Shown here: positions 1-12,069 of the stretch, piece after piece
Position numbering within the stretch: the stretch's first letter is position 1
Layout of the letters: each line of letters opens with the position of its first letter
The notes under the pieces: model-generated
Seen by the model: only the letters and a program-made list of their open reading frames with translations
What the model was told of the DNA's origin: nothing
Databases searched by the model: none
Position numbers and translations under genes: made by a program
Source of the DNA: Octopus sinensis
Lineage: Eukaryota
Assembly: GCF_006345805.1 (NCBI RefSeq)
Contig: NC_043000.1
Span: forward strand, 146,010,001-146,074,000
DNA length: 64,000 nucleotides
Reading direction: 5' to 3'

Positions 1-286
1 TCAACCACAATTGCTTAACCTCCCAATATAAATTGTCATATCTATCAACTTTTCTTTCTTTCTTATCGCATACTTTGTTGTCAGCTGGGCATGCTGTATC
101 TATGATCCAGTATCGTTTGCTGCCTTTCTCATGTGTGCCTTCCAATTCTCTATCTTATTGTCGCACTGAATCATAAGATTCCATAGGATCTTTGCATTAT
201 CATTTTCGATGATGCCTTCGGGCTTATGTTCTTACCACATTTTTCCTCTGTCAAGTCCATACTTGTTGCAAAATATCCAATAGACA
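1..286 (-). mobile_element. 5'-truncated RLE-type (R4/Dong-like) non-LTR retrotransposon fragment, family B, endonuclease region; runs off the window start
   Basis: Minus strand reads IVYWIFCNKYGLDRGKMW*EHKPEGIIENDNAKILWNLMIQCDNKIE and later KKVDRYDNLYWEVKQLWL. This matches the W-x-H-x-P-x-x-x-EN...LWD...IQ-x-D and K-x-x-x-Y-x-x-L pattern of RLE domains, also seen in the ORF at 23719-24045. Confidence 0.8.
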
Positions 287-459
<173 letters not shown>

Positions 460-943
460 GAAGCAGCGCATACCATCAAAGTCCAACATACGAAGCCCAG
501 TATACCCATCATAACTACCCGTCCGATAAGTGTACACCAACCATATGCATCAAAACCACATGTTCGTGACATAGTGATCTCATATCAAGATAAACAGCGC
601 ATGAACTTTCAGGCGGGTCCCAGTTAGATTTTTCTTCAGATCGAGTAGTCCATCCTGCTCAAAATGTCCCTGAATAAAATTTGTTTAAGGAGGAGAATTA
701 TTCAAACCCCAAATATATTTTCTCAACACATGGCTATGATGCTCCCTCACTACTTCTGTTCGAGATCAGAGATGCATATATCCCCAGACACGAATGGACA
801 TGCTCAACTAGTGAAGGTGATGCAACTGATAAGCATATTTGTGGTGTAGAGCAGAATATTTATTGTAGCCAATCTTTTAAACCAATGCAAATGTTAACAC
901 TTCCAATCAGTTAAGATCAGAAGCCACGAGAGCCACTACTGGG
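460..943 (-). mobile_element. 3' UTR of RLE LINE family B
   Basis: Reverse complement aligns along its length with 19260-19797 (e.g. ggcttctgatcttaa, gagcatcatagc, ctaactggg, gatatgagatcac, gggcttcgta, ctttgatgg) and ends in an (ATA)n tail. Confidence 0.85.
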
Positions 944-3771
944 TTATTATTATAAACAACACGTTTTTATTCTTGACACATTCATTCAAGGACGCGCAAC
1001 TACGAATTATCGTGAGATGAAGTGTCGAAGAATTTACCTAAGTAATGTCGGGAATCATGATTCCTTTACAAAGTTGCAGATCCATTCAGCACAAATGTGA
1101 GTGTGTGCGCGTTTTATAATTTCTAAAATGTGGCCGAGGAAAAAAATAAAACGAAATTGTTAGCGCACTGATATATGGGGCGATGCGCTATAGGGATGAC
1201 AGCAAAAAAATTAAGCCTTAGTAATGACATAAATAATTAGATTCGGCAGGTACTAAATCCTGATATAACCGACCGTGTCATGTGGTCGTGTGACGTGTAT
1301 ACATTCTTCGATTTCCAATAATATCAGAACGTCTCAAACCTATTATTGATATGAGTCCTACTCTATGTGAGGAACAAATGTAATAAAACTTATAGTACAC
1401 GACAGAAGTTTATCTCTGTTTGGTGTAGCTGTAAGAGACATTTGAGTGCGTTCTGCCCAGAGGAGATAGAAAGACAGAGAAAGAGAGGAAGAAGGGGACG
1501 CATGCAGAAATAACGTCTTAAAGAAAACTACCTTTCGCAAGCATAGCTTGAGAAGATGGGCGGATATCATCTTTTTATCGGTACCTGTAGATTAAGGCCA
1601 AGACTATTGTTATATTCCGATATCACAATATTTTATTGTTGCGATGGGAATGAATGCACTTATGAATAAGACTGACAATCTATTTTACCAACGTCTCTGA
1701 TATTGTGAGGAAAAGTTCTATTCGTTTTTTATTTCGTATTTTACAAACGCCATATTCAACATTCACCACATCTCTAAAACCATTACAATCACCATCATAT
1801 TCATCATCATCATCTTAATTATCATTATCATCACCATCTACAACAACAAGTGCAACAACATCATCAATATCATTATCTACATCCTCAACGCTTCATCTCC
1901 ATTTTATCATCTTCATCCACATCACATTCAGTATCACTTTGACTGTTTGCTATTGCCACCATCTTTATTTCCAACATGACAGCCTTCACCAGAAAAAAAA
2001 AATATTTTTATTGTTCTTATTGTTTGATTTAACATTACGAATGGGAACACCATTTTATATAATGGAAATTTATGCTATTATGAATCTATAGATAAATAAA
2101 CAGAAATACATCAAATAGGACAGAGCAGGGATCGTTTGATTTTCGGCTCCAACTAAGCAATAACTTCCAACTGATTACGCTGAAACCATTGCATTAAGAG
2201 AAATGCCGTAATTCACCGTGTAAAAGTGTTTTGCTTTGTTTATAATATTTTGTTTCCCGAGAGTTAGTGTCATATATTTGTTCGATATTTTACTTTTATT
2301 TTGTAACCTTATTAATGTTGGTATTGTCGATATTAAGTAAACTCATTTTTATGTTAAGTTCAATGTTTTACTTGATTCAAAACGACAACAGGCGTTTTTT
2401 TTAACAAGTTGGTAGTTAAATACTTTACGCTTTTCCTAAATCGGTTTTTAGCTTTGGCTTTGGCTTTCCAGATATTTTAAACAAAGATACGTTGGTGGAG
2501 GAGAGAGATTTGTGAAGCATTTTTTTAACAAACGGAACGTCTCTCGAGGTGGGCTGAAATTGTAATTTAATAGTTTACATTCTATTCATTTTCCTGATTT
2601 CGTTATGAATATTTAAGCAGTGTATTACTGGTTTCCTGGCACATCCTAAAGATTCTGATGGCAAAATGTTTGAAAATGTTACTTCATAGGAAGCAACTAT
2701 ATAAAATACTACCAGATCTAGACTATAATTTACAGCATTAAGGAATATTGGCCATTTACACAGATACAATAAGGCAGATTCGATGGGAATGAGTCGTTAA
2801 CCATTGAATGAAATACAATATAAAAATCTTGTTAATCATTTACAAACCTATAAAAGATAAAACACCTAATCTCCTCCAGAGTGATGCGAAATAAACATGA
2901 AATGGAATGAACATGAAGTGGAATGTAAATTTGAAATGAACATGAAGTGGAATGTACATTTTCTACAGTTCCATCCACATGTAATTTTCCTTCAGTCAAA
3001 GTTAATGTTAAACAAGTCTCTTTGAATTCTTCAAGCAGAGGAAATTAAAGGAGGTATCATACACATCTATTGCCAGCGAAATATGATGCAGTTTAATTTC
3101 CTTCCTTTGAAAGTTTCTGTAAATGGCGCTTATTTAAACGTCGGTTATCATATTAGTCAACAACTAATTAGATCATTCATTAGCAAAATGTTTAATTTTG
3201 TGTAGCCACAAAATGAACACAAATTTTATTTTGTTCGTACTTCCATCGATTCTAATGACATGTTGTTAGTCGTAACTTTGTTAATTTGTTGTGTAATTCA
3301 AATCAAGATATGTCAGGAGAGTAAATTGTACTAAAAAGTAGCGATAACTTATCCCGTCTTTAAAGGTGTCAAATTCAATGAAACTTCTTTGGTTGTTTCA
3401 AACACTTCAGATACATTGGTTGTATGACCTTCATTTTAGCCTGATAGGATGAGCTTCTGAAAAGTGCAAACTGGATTAGTAACACTACATATTAACAAAA
3501 GAGAATTAGGCTGTCGACATTGTAGTTAATGAATCCGAAAGCAGCACTAATCTAGCAAACCCATTAGCAAACATAATACAATATTGACTATATTATCTTT
3601 ATAAGTGCAAGTGTAACGTTAACGAGTGTGTACTTTAGGAGACCGACAGGGTGGCGAGAGAGGACGCAGAGGTTTGTTTCAGTGCCATGTTAAATATTGT
3701 ATTCTTCATTATTTTAGTTGATTATCTTCAGTCAAGTCGACGAATTTGCAAAACTGTTGAAAAGTTTTTGT

Positions 3772-4144
3772 TTTTTTCTTCTACTTGTTTCAGCCATTTG
3801 ACTGCGGCCATGGTGTAGCACCGCCTTTAGTCGAACAAATGGACACCAGGACTTATTCTTTATAAGCCTAGTGCTTATTCCCTCAGTCTCTTGTGCCGTA
3901 AACACACCAGCATCGGTTGTCAAGTGATGGGGGAGGAGACAAACACAGATACATAAATGCACACACGCACACACTCATATACATACGACGAGCTTCTTTC
4001 AGTTTCCGTCCACCAAATCCACTCACCAGGGTTTAGTCGGCTCGAGGCTATAGTAGAAGACACGCAAGTACCCATGGAGTAGGACCGAACCCGGAGCCAT
4101 GTGGTTGAGGAGCAAGATCCTTACAACAATGCCACACCTGCGCC
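3772..4144 (-). mobile_element. tRNA-derived SINE, family A (Octopus OR-like)
   Basis: Reverse complement of the family-A consensus seen at 18067-18515: head ggcgcaggtgtggc..., internal CA microsatellite, tail ggcggtgc...catggccgcagtcaaatg.ctgaaacaagta. Confidence 0.9.
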
Positions 4145-4674
4145 CTTAATCTCATTGTATCCACACTGAATTTCTGTTCTTGGTACCGTTATTCCAACGA
4201 CTACAACTCCGACGGTCGTCATTTCGGATTGATAAAAACATAGCAATCTAGGGTGATACATTACTGAAACTATCACCGTATGGGACAAGATGCTTTGCGG
4301 TAACTGTTTCAGGATCTTGCGTTTTCACAGCAACAACACAACAAAATAACTTACAAACTCTATAGCGGGGCTCTTTAACATGAACAACATCGGAGGCACT
4401 TAGAATGAGATCTGCGTTAATGGGCAACTGCTAGATTTCTAGTAAAAAGACCTTGTCAAAACCTGCCCATAAGGACTCAGATAAATTTCCAGCCCTGACC
4501 GGCGAGACTCCGTATAAGGGTTTCTGTTATTTTATCCTTCCGCTTCACGCTAACCAGTAAATAATTTTCAATACACGAATTATCAATATAGTTACTTATT
4601 GAACGGGTATATTTAAAATTTAGAGGAAGAATCAATATTTTCAGAGATTGTCTCTAAAACAAAAATGAGAAGAA

Positions 4675-6784
4675 GCAAGTATTTTTTTTTTCACTAGACC
4701 GGATTGTTAGTCCAATGCTAAATGCCGCCTGGAGGATTAGTTGAGTATTCTTCATCTGGTCTCTAACCTTCGACCTGTCTGGCTTGGGTGGTCCTACCAG
4801 GAAACAAATCTACCGCCAGTATAGCTCTCATAGTCATGGAGACATACAAGTCGGGCAACCAACGACAAGGTGTTACTCATCTGCCGCAGCGGCACTCCCA
4901 AACGACGTGGTTGAGGAAGAGTCCTCTCCGGTAGGGCGCATGACGCGAGCTGGTGACAGTCTTCGGGAAGCCAGTGCGCCAACAACTCTTCTGGCGACCA
5001 AGAACGAAAACAGGATAGGGACCTGGAAGACCCGAACCCTATATGAGGCTGTAAAAAGAGCACAAGTGTCTAAAGATATGCAGTTACAATCTGAAGATTC
5101 TTGGCCTGTGCGATTCAACATGGACAGGAACAGGATGTTCAAGTCTCACAAGGGGCGACACCATCACCTACTCTGGACAGGAAGAAAGCCAGGCACACAC
5201 GCATGGAGTAGCGCTGCTAATGATACATGTAGCAACAGAAGCAATGATGTCCTGTGACCCAGTCTCACCAAGAATCCTGACTGCAAGGTTCAACTCAAAG
5301 GGTAGGAAAGTTACTATCTTACAGTGCTATGCACCCAAAAATGTGGCAAATATAGTAGACAGAGAAGTGTTCTATGAGCAACTCCAAGCGACCATAGACA
5401 AAACACTCGAGATGCAAAAATGGGAACAGACAATAAAGACAGAGAATGGTTCATAGGGAGACATGGCATCGGAGAACAAAATAAAAATAGTGAACTTTTT
5501 CCAGACTTTTGATCATTAAAGGACCTAGTCACAGGGGGCACTGTCTTTCCCCACAAGGAAATCCACAAGACAACATGGATTTCCCCAGACGGTAAGACTG
5601 AGAACCAGATTGTTGAATTCACCACTGACAGAAAGTGGAGAAGGAGTGCATGACATCAGGAAGAAACATGGAACTGACGCATCATCGGATGACCACCTGG
5701 TAGTGGCAGTTCTCAGGACTAAGCTGAAAAGCCTACAACGACCGGGCAGGAAGACCATTACACAGGTACAACGTACGCAGTCTGAAAGAGAAAGAAATAG
5801 CAGAAAGATTCAAGGCTTTTGATAGTGTCAACAGAGATGTCATTTGGAGACTGATGTACCATTACGCCTTCCCACAAAAGTTCATCATCATCATACAACA
5901 GCTGTATAAAGATGCCACCTGTCAAGTCATCCACAGCAGAAAACTGGTGGAACCCTTCAATGTACAAGCCGGCGTGCGACAGGATTGTTTTCTTTCACAG
6001 ACGATCTTCCTGATGGTGGTTGCCTGGATCATGAGACGAGCTACAGCAGGCAAGAGGACAGGCATCCAGTGGATCTTCGATAAGCAGTTGGAATACCTAG
6101 ACTACTCAGACGACATCAGTTTCTTCTCTCACAAGCAGCAACATGCACAGGAGAAGTTATATTGTGTTGCAGAAGCGGAGAGGACTGGAGTCCAGATCAA
6201 CATTATGAAGACAGAGGTCATGAGAGTGAACAACAGACAGCAAGACCAAGTTCGACTACACTAGGTGGATATCAATGATGTCGACATGCCTTCAACATCT
6301 GGATACCAATCTGGAAATCAACAGCCCTCTCACTCCAGTTCTTCTACACAAATGCTAAGTCAGTTCTACTTTATGATTCAGAAACATAAAAGTGACGAAG
6401 ACTAACACCCACAAGCTCCAGATTTTGATTAACAGATATCTCAGAAACATCAGGTGGCATGAAGACGTCTCCAGTGAACAACTGTGGGATAGGCCAAGGC
6501 AAGTCTCAAACGAAACAGATATCAAGAAACGAAAATGGGGATGGATAGGCCACACTCTACGAAAGCCTGCACCAAATGTCACCAAGCAGGCCCTTGACTA
6601 GAACCCAAACGGGAAGCGAAAGGTGGGCCGACCAAAACAGTCTTGGCGCAGGAGTGTCAACGCAGAGATGAGAGCAGCCGCAATGACGTGGGCCGGACTA
6701 AAGAGGATCCCCTAGAGCCGCGTCCGTTGGAAAAAACGTTGTTGCGGCCCTACGTTCCGCAATCAAAAGGAATCAAAAGGCCTA
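4675..6784 (+). mobile_element. RTE-clade LINE (APE endonuclease + RT), decayed, with internal deletion and apparently inverted 5' leader
   Basis: APE motifs IGTWKTRTL, RILTARF, ILQCYAP; RT motifs KAFDS, GVRQDC, LDYSDD; C-terminal RKWGWIGHTLRK. Multiple stops and frameshifts. Candidate 7-bp TSD agaagaa at 4668-4674 and 6785-6791. Confidence 0.92.
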
Positions 6785-7023
6785 AGAAGAAATAATATGA
6801 CTGTTATAAAAACATCTATTCATATAACGTACGAAATTAACATAATGCGATTGTGTTACCCATTCACGTATACTTGTTGTGGAAATATGCATAGATTTTT
6901 ATACCTCTGCTTTCTATTAGTTTACTTTCCTATAAAAAATAACATAAATAATTACAGAGAAGAGACAATATTATACAACATACTTCACGTTTATAAGCTT
7001 CTTGTATTATTTCCTTCTACATT

Positions 7024-7690
7024 AAGGCTGCCACCTGGCAGAAACGTTAGCACGCCGGGCAAAATGCTTTGCAATATTTCGTCTGCCGCCACGTTCTGAG
7101 TTCCAATTCCGCCGAGGTCGACTTTGCCTTTCACCCTTTTGGGGCCGATTAAATAAGTACCAGTTACGCACTGGGGTCAATATAATCGACTTAATCCGTT
7201 TGCTTGTCCTTGTTTGTCCTCTCTGTGTTTAGTCCCTTGTGGGTAGTAAAGAAATAGGTATTTCATCTGTTTTAACCTTCTGAGTTCAAATTCCGCCGAC
7301 GCCGACTTTGCCTTTCATCCTTTCGGGGTCAATAAATTAAGTACCAGCTGCTTACTGGAGTCGATCTAATTGACTGGCCTCTTCCCCACAAATTTCGGGC
7401 CTTGTGCCTAGAGTAAAAAAGAATATTATACAACATACACATTTCACGTTTATAGGTTACTTGTATTATTTATTTCTACATTAAGATTGCGAGCTGGCAG
7501 AATCATTAGCAGGCTGGTCAAAATGCTTCGAAGCATTTCTTCCATCTTTTCGTTCTGAGTATATATTCCACCGTTCTGAGTATAAACTGGGGTCAATGAA
7601 AAGCTTAAACGCTGGGGTTGACGTAATCGACTGAACTCTCCCCCAAATTGGCTATAGTAGAAAAAATATTTCTTTGCACTTGTGAGTTCA
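7024..7690 (+). mobile_element. Cluster of three family-B tRNA-derived SINE units (7024-7257 near consensus, 7258-7428 partial, 7483-7690 diverged)
   Basis: Head ggcagaaacgttagcacgccggg, B-box-like gagttcaaattcc, central gactttgcctttcatcctttcggggtc...aagtaccag. Same family as 50141-50375 and 63310-63518. Confidence 0.88.
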
Positions 7691-8399
7691 TAAGTATAGC
7701 TAATTGTAGCGGTACTTTCACATGACATGGATACAGGGCTTGATATATTAATAACGTTGGATGATTCATGTAACAGTGAAAATCAACACTATGTAACAAT
7801 GCATTTAGAAGCGTGAATACTCGGATAATGATGATTCATTCCAAACTGATCGTAATATTTATACAAGATGTTATCCTTCATATAACATGTAACTGTGGAA
7901 CTATATATTTGACACCATAGCTAATATCATTAAATTTGGAATACACAAAATTATTATTATTTAGCTTTTGTCAGATTTGTTGGTTCTTATTCCGTATAGA
8001 GAAACAAATACTTATTTATTTTCTTTAATTCTAGTCATCTGTCGATATGATTGTTTCTTGCTCTGTATATGTGAGTCACTCATTGCCTTCCAACGAGCCT
8101 ATTGTCTGCACACAATTTACCACACTTATTTTAACACTCTATATCTCACCTTTCTTTTCTCTTTCATTTTCCACACGACATAAAGCGTGACTGGAGAAAA
8201 ATCTAACCGACCAATATTTCTGTCGACGATTATTAAATTGAAATAATTTTAACTTTAAAGCTCCAAACACTAATATAAATTTTAACTCAAATACATTTAT
8301 TTTATATATATTAAATCTCAACTTATGGTGCAGGGATTGTTATAGCCCGAGTAAGGATGGATATTTTTTATCGAACTTGTAAATGGACCTTTTCCCTAT

Positions 8400-8463
8400 A
8401 TAAATACATACATGCACACATATACGTGTGTATATATGTACGTATACACGTAAACAAATATAG

Positions 8464-8541
<78 letters not shown>

Positions 8542-8588
8542 TATAATATGTATGTATGAGTATATGTATACACACAGACACACACACA

Positions 8589-8630
<42 letters not shown>
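8400..8630. repeat. (CA)n/(TA)n compound microsatellite
   Basis: Directly visible. Confidence 0.97.
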
Positions 8631-8632
<2 letters not shown>

Positions 8633-8900
8633 CTTAAAATTAATTAATCAATGCATAATTAACAATTTTACCAAATAGTTCGGTATGTTAAAAGAACCAT
8701 GATTTGTAACCTTATGCAAAAATTCCATAATTATAAGCATAATTTTAATTAGGGTAGAGCAAAAATTGCTTTACCACATACCGAAATTTAGAAATAGGAG
8801 TTAAATACTATTCCACTACCATAAGATACCTCCCAGACAGTAATACTCTCAACTGACGATGGTAAAGAGAAAAAATAACGAATCCACCCGGTTTGATTAA
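8631..8900 (+). mobile_element. Probable (TA)n-associated Penelope-type terminal fragment with degenerate hammerhead-like core
   Basis: Starts at the end of a (TA)n run and contains CTGACGA at 8853-8859 followed by tggta...gaa. Stem II is degenerate. Confidence 0.3.
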
Positions 8901-9084
8901 CTCTATACGCGTTTCTGGATTAAAGCGATGTAAAAATATGTAAAATCATATTTCTACTCAGTTACTCCAGTTATCAGTATAGTATTTCAATTTTAAAATT
9001 TAAGAGCACTGATAATTAACATACGTACTCGACCAAACCCCATTTTGATTATAACTATAGAATTAATTGTAGAATGATTATGTT

Positions 9085-9128
9085 TATAGAATTTATATGT
9101 ATATATATATATGTAGATAGATAGATAA

Positions 9129-9177
<49 letters not shown>

Positions 9178-9238
9178 CAGACGGACGGACGGATGGACAG
9201 ACAGACAGACAGACAGAGAGAAAGACAGACAGACAGAC

Positions 9239-9315
<77 letters not shown>

Positions 9316-9350
9316 TGCATACCTATGTATGTATGTATTTATGTATGTAT
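9085..9350. repeat. (GATA)n/(GACA)n/(TATG)n microsatellite
   Basis: Directly visible. Explains the YLSI-repeat ORFs. Confidence 0.97.
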
Positions 9351-10027
9351 GTATCATGAATGTATACATGTAATAAATAATTTCGGTAATATTTAAATCT
9401 GCCTGTGTGTAACTGTGCTTGTATTGCCAGAGCTAATGTTAAAATGTACATCACGAAAATAAGGTGTGAAGATAATATTTCAATACTTTATCATATTTAA
9501 ATACGGTAACTCTCCATATTTTTTTACTACACGATAGCTGTTACTGTTTATAGTAGATGTGTATGGTGGTACTGTGATAAAACGCACTTAGTAACCGTTT
9601 GAGCTTTCCCGTAATATTCTCTATCCATAGGTACACCAGATGTTTGCAACTCTTGTAAAAGCAAAACGAAAAACGTATGTTCACAAGCAAACATAATGCG
9701 AGTGAAGTAAAAGATTTCTAGACAAACAGTGGGAAATATATTTTCTCACTGAATATTTATTTCTTTGAAGAGAGGGAAACATTTCTCTTCTCTTTTTTTC
9801 TTTGGAATTAAATTATGTTTTTATTGTATTTTATTTATTGATTTTTCTATTTTTATTTCTTTCTAATTTATTTTTCATCATAGAAGGAAGTTTGTTTTGA
9901 TGAAGAGAAATTTTCTGTTTCATTTTAACTTCGGTTATTATTGATTATAATTCAATGGATAGACACAGAAGTGACATTATAAACAAGAGTAATAAATAGA
10001 AATAGTAATAAAAACAACAACAATGGC

Positions 10028-10185
10028 GAGAAGAAGAAGAAAAAGAAGAAGAGGAGGAGAAGGAGGAGAAGAAGAAGAAAGAAGAAGAAGAAGAAGAAGA
10101 AGAAGAAGAAGAAGAAAGAAGAAGAAGAAGAAGAAGAAGAAGAAGAAGAAGAAGAAGAAGAAGAAGAAGAAGAAGAAGAAGAAGA
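10028..10185. repeat. (GAA)n/(GGA)n polypurine microsatellite
   Basis: Directly visible. Explains the poly-K/R/L/F ORFs. Confidence 0.98.
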
Positions 10186-10858
10186 TCCAATTATTTTCCG
10201 TAATAGAATTAAAATACCTCCTCTGTGTATACATGCATAGATTTTTAATTAAAATGTATAATGCTAGTATCTGAACAAGCGCATAGCTTTAAAAACAAAT
10301 CAAAAAAACCTTTTTCGTTTATTGAAAACCGTTTCACGAATTTGAATTTTAACTACATTATATTGTATCATGTTATATGTAAGTCTTAAATATACATCAG
10401 ATGATACTGAGACCCTAGATGACATTCCTTATTATACATATAGCAAATGGAATTTTGTTATGCTCGCTGTATCGGAAATGGTTAGTAAAATATGACAAAT
10501 GGCTACAACCGGAAGTGTAAATTGGGATGTTGCACCATTTAGATAGCTGTTTACCGCAATGCTCTGCCAGACTTGTTTGTATTTGCAATAGCAATAAGAA
10601 ATTCATTCCTCACTATGTCAAATTTCCCTTGTAAAGTTTGCGCATAATTTCCTGAGTGTTAACTTAAATGTTTTCACAAGACTTTCGCTGACTGATATTC
10701 AGAATGACACATCACGTTAGCCACAAACTATATTTATCTTGTGTAATTAATAACATTCAGCAATTAACGCTATGAACAAATGAATTTTCTTTGCCTACAG
10801 CTTGCAAATTCTCTTGTATGTTTCGAAATATAGCATATTTGGAATAAATCTAGAAGTA

Positions 10859-12069
10859 CAGGGTGCAGGTGGTATTTAAAGACAGATTTATGGTTTTAAA
10901 AAAAGACGTTTATTTGATAACAGCAAACATAACTGTATTCTTATGAAAATAGCATAAATATAAAGCTAAATGATCAATTTAATAATTTCATTCAATAGGA
11001 CCGCCTCAAGCATCAATAACTTCCTCTACGCAGGGTCGAAATCCTTTACAGGCTCGAATTATGTGGTACTCGTTCATACTGGACATGACTAGAACTATGG
11101 CGGCTTTCAAAGAATCTTTGTTGCTATTAGGGTGTTTATTAACATTTTTCTCAACGATACTCCAGTGCCTTGAGATCTGGAGAATTACGAGGCCAAATGT
11201 TGAGGGTAATGTGATAATGCAAATTGTCGGTCATACATTCTTGTGTCATTTGAGCTTTTGTATGATGGTGCAGAATCTTCTTGAAAGACGTAAGACGTTC
11301 CATTGCATACAATATTGATTCAAGGCTTAAAGACGTCATGCAGAACCTCAATACACACAGCAGCATTCACCCTAAATCCTTATAGAAAAACGTGAGGAGA
11401 CATCAAATGTCCTTCGTTGATAACAACACCCAACACCATGACACATCCAGGAAACTTTGTGTGCATTACTCTTCAAACCTGAGAATTGTCTGCACATAGC
11501 CATGTCTTAGTTCTGTTAATTTTCTGGTTCTGGTCAAAGTTTTTCGCAACTGAGAAAAACCTAATCACAGTCTTCTGATGGATTTTTAGGTTTGTTCAAA
11601 AGTCTTTTGGATCAGCCTCTCCTTGTCACGTAGGATTTGTATTTGATGTTTTCATGCACAACATTTCTGGTTGTTTTTTCTGACGCACGTAATTCGTTTT
11701 GCAATTGACCGCCTTGATTTTCCTACATTGTTTTCAATGTTTGCTTAACTTCCTGAATAAATACAGGTATCCTCATAGAATCAGAGTGTTTGGAATGTTT
11801 TTTTACGTTTTGATACGGGTGATACGCTTCCATCTTCTTTCTCTCACACCGAATCTTGTGGACAAAAAGATCTTGTAGCTTTCAGAAAACGAGATATTTC
11901 TAAATCACCATGCTTAACCTTCAAAGCCAAAATCAGAGCATGCCTTTTAATTTCATTAGTAAGCATAGGGCCTGTCAGTTATATTTTCTGAAATGGAAGT
12001 TCAATAGAAATTAGTCAAATAAAATAATGACTAAAAATGCTCGTAACCTCAAATACCGTCCGCACTCCG
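10859..12069 (-). mobile_element. Tc1/mariner superfamily DNA transposon, DD37D (maT-like), decayed
   Basis: Minus strand gives MHTKFPGCVMVLGVV..EG, FQEDSAP and WPRNSPDLKALEY. Imperfect TIRs (cagggtgcaggtggtattt / aaataccgtccgcactccg) flanked by TA at 10857-10858 and 12070-12071. Confidence 0.85.

Noticed and set aside
2906-2956. 22-bp direct repeat with 29-bp period
   Set aside because: Only two units of a local slippage duplication; no array or spacer structure, so not CRISPR-like.
9618-9665. Possible micro-exon (atag|GTACACC...AAAAC|gtatgt) reading GTPDVCNSCKSKTKN
   Set aside because: Splice-like signals are common by chance, and there is no recognisable domain or partner exons.
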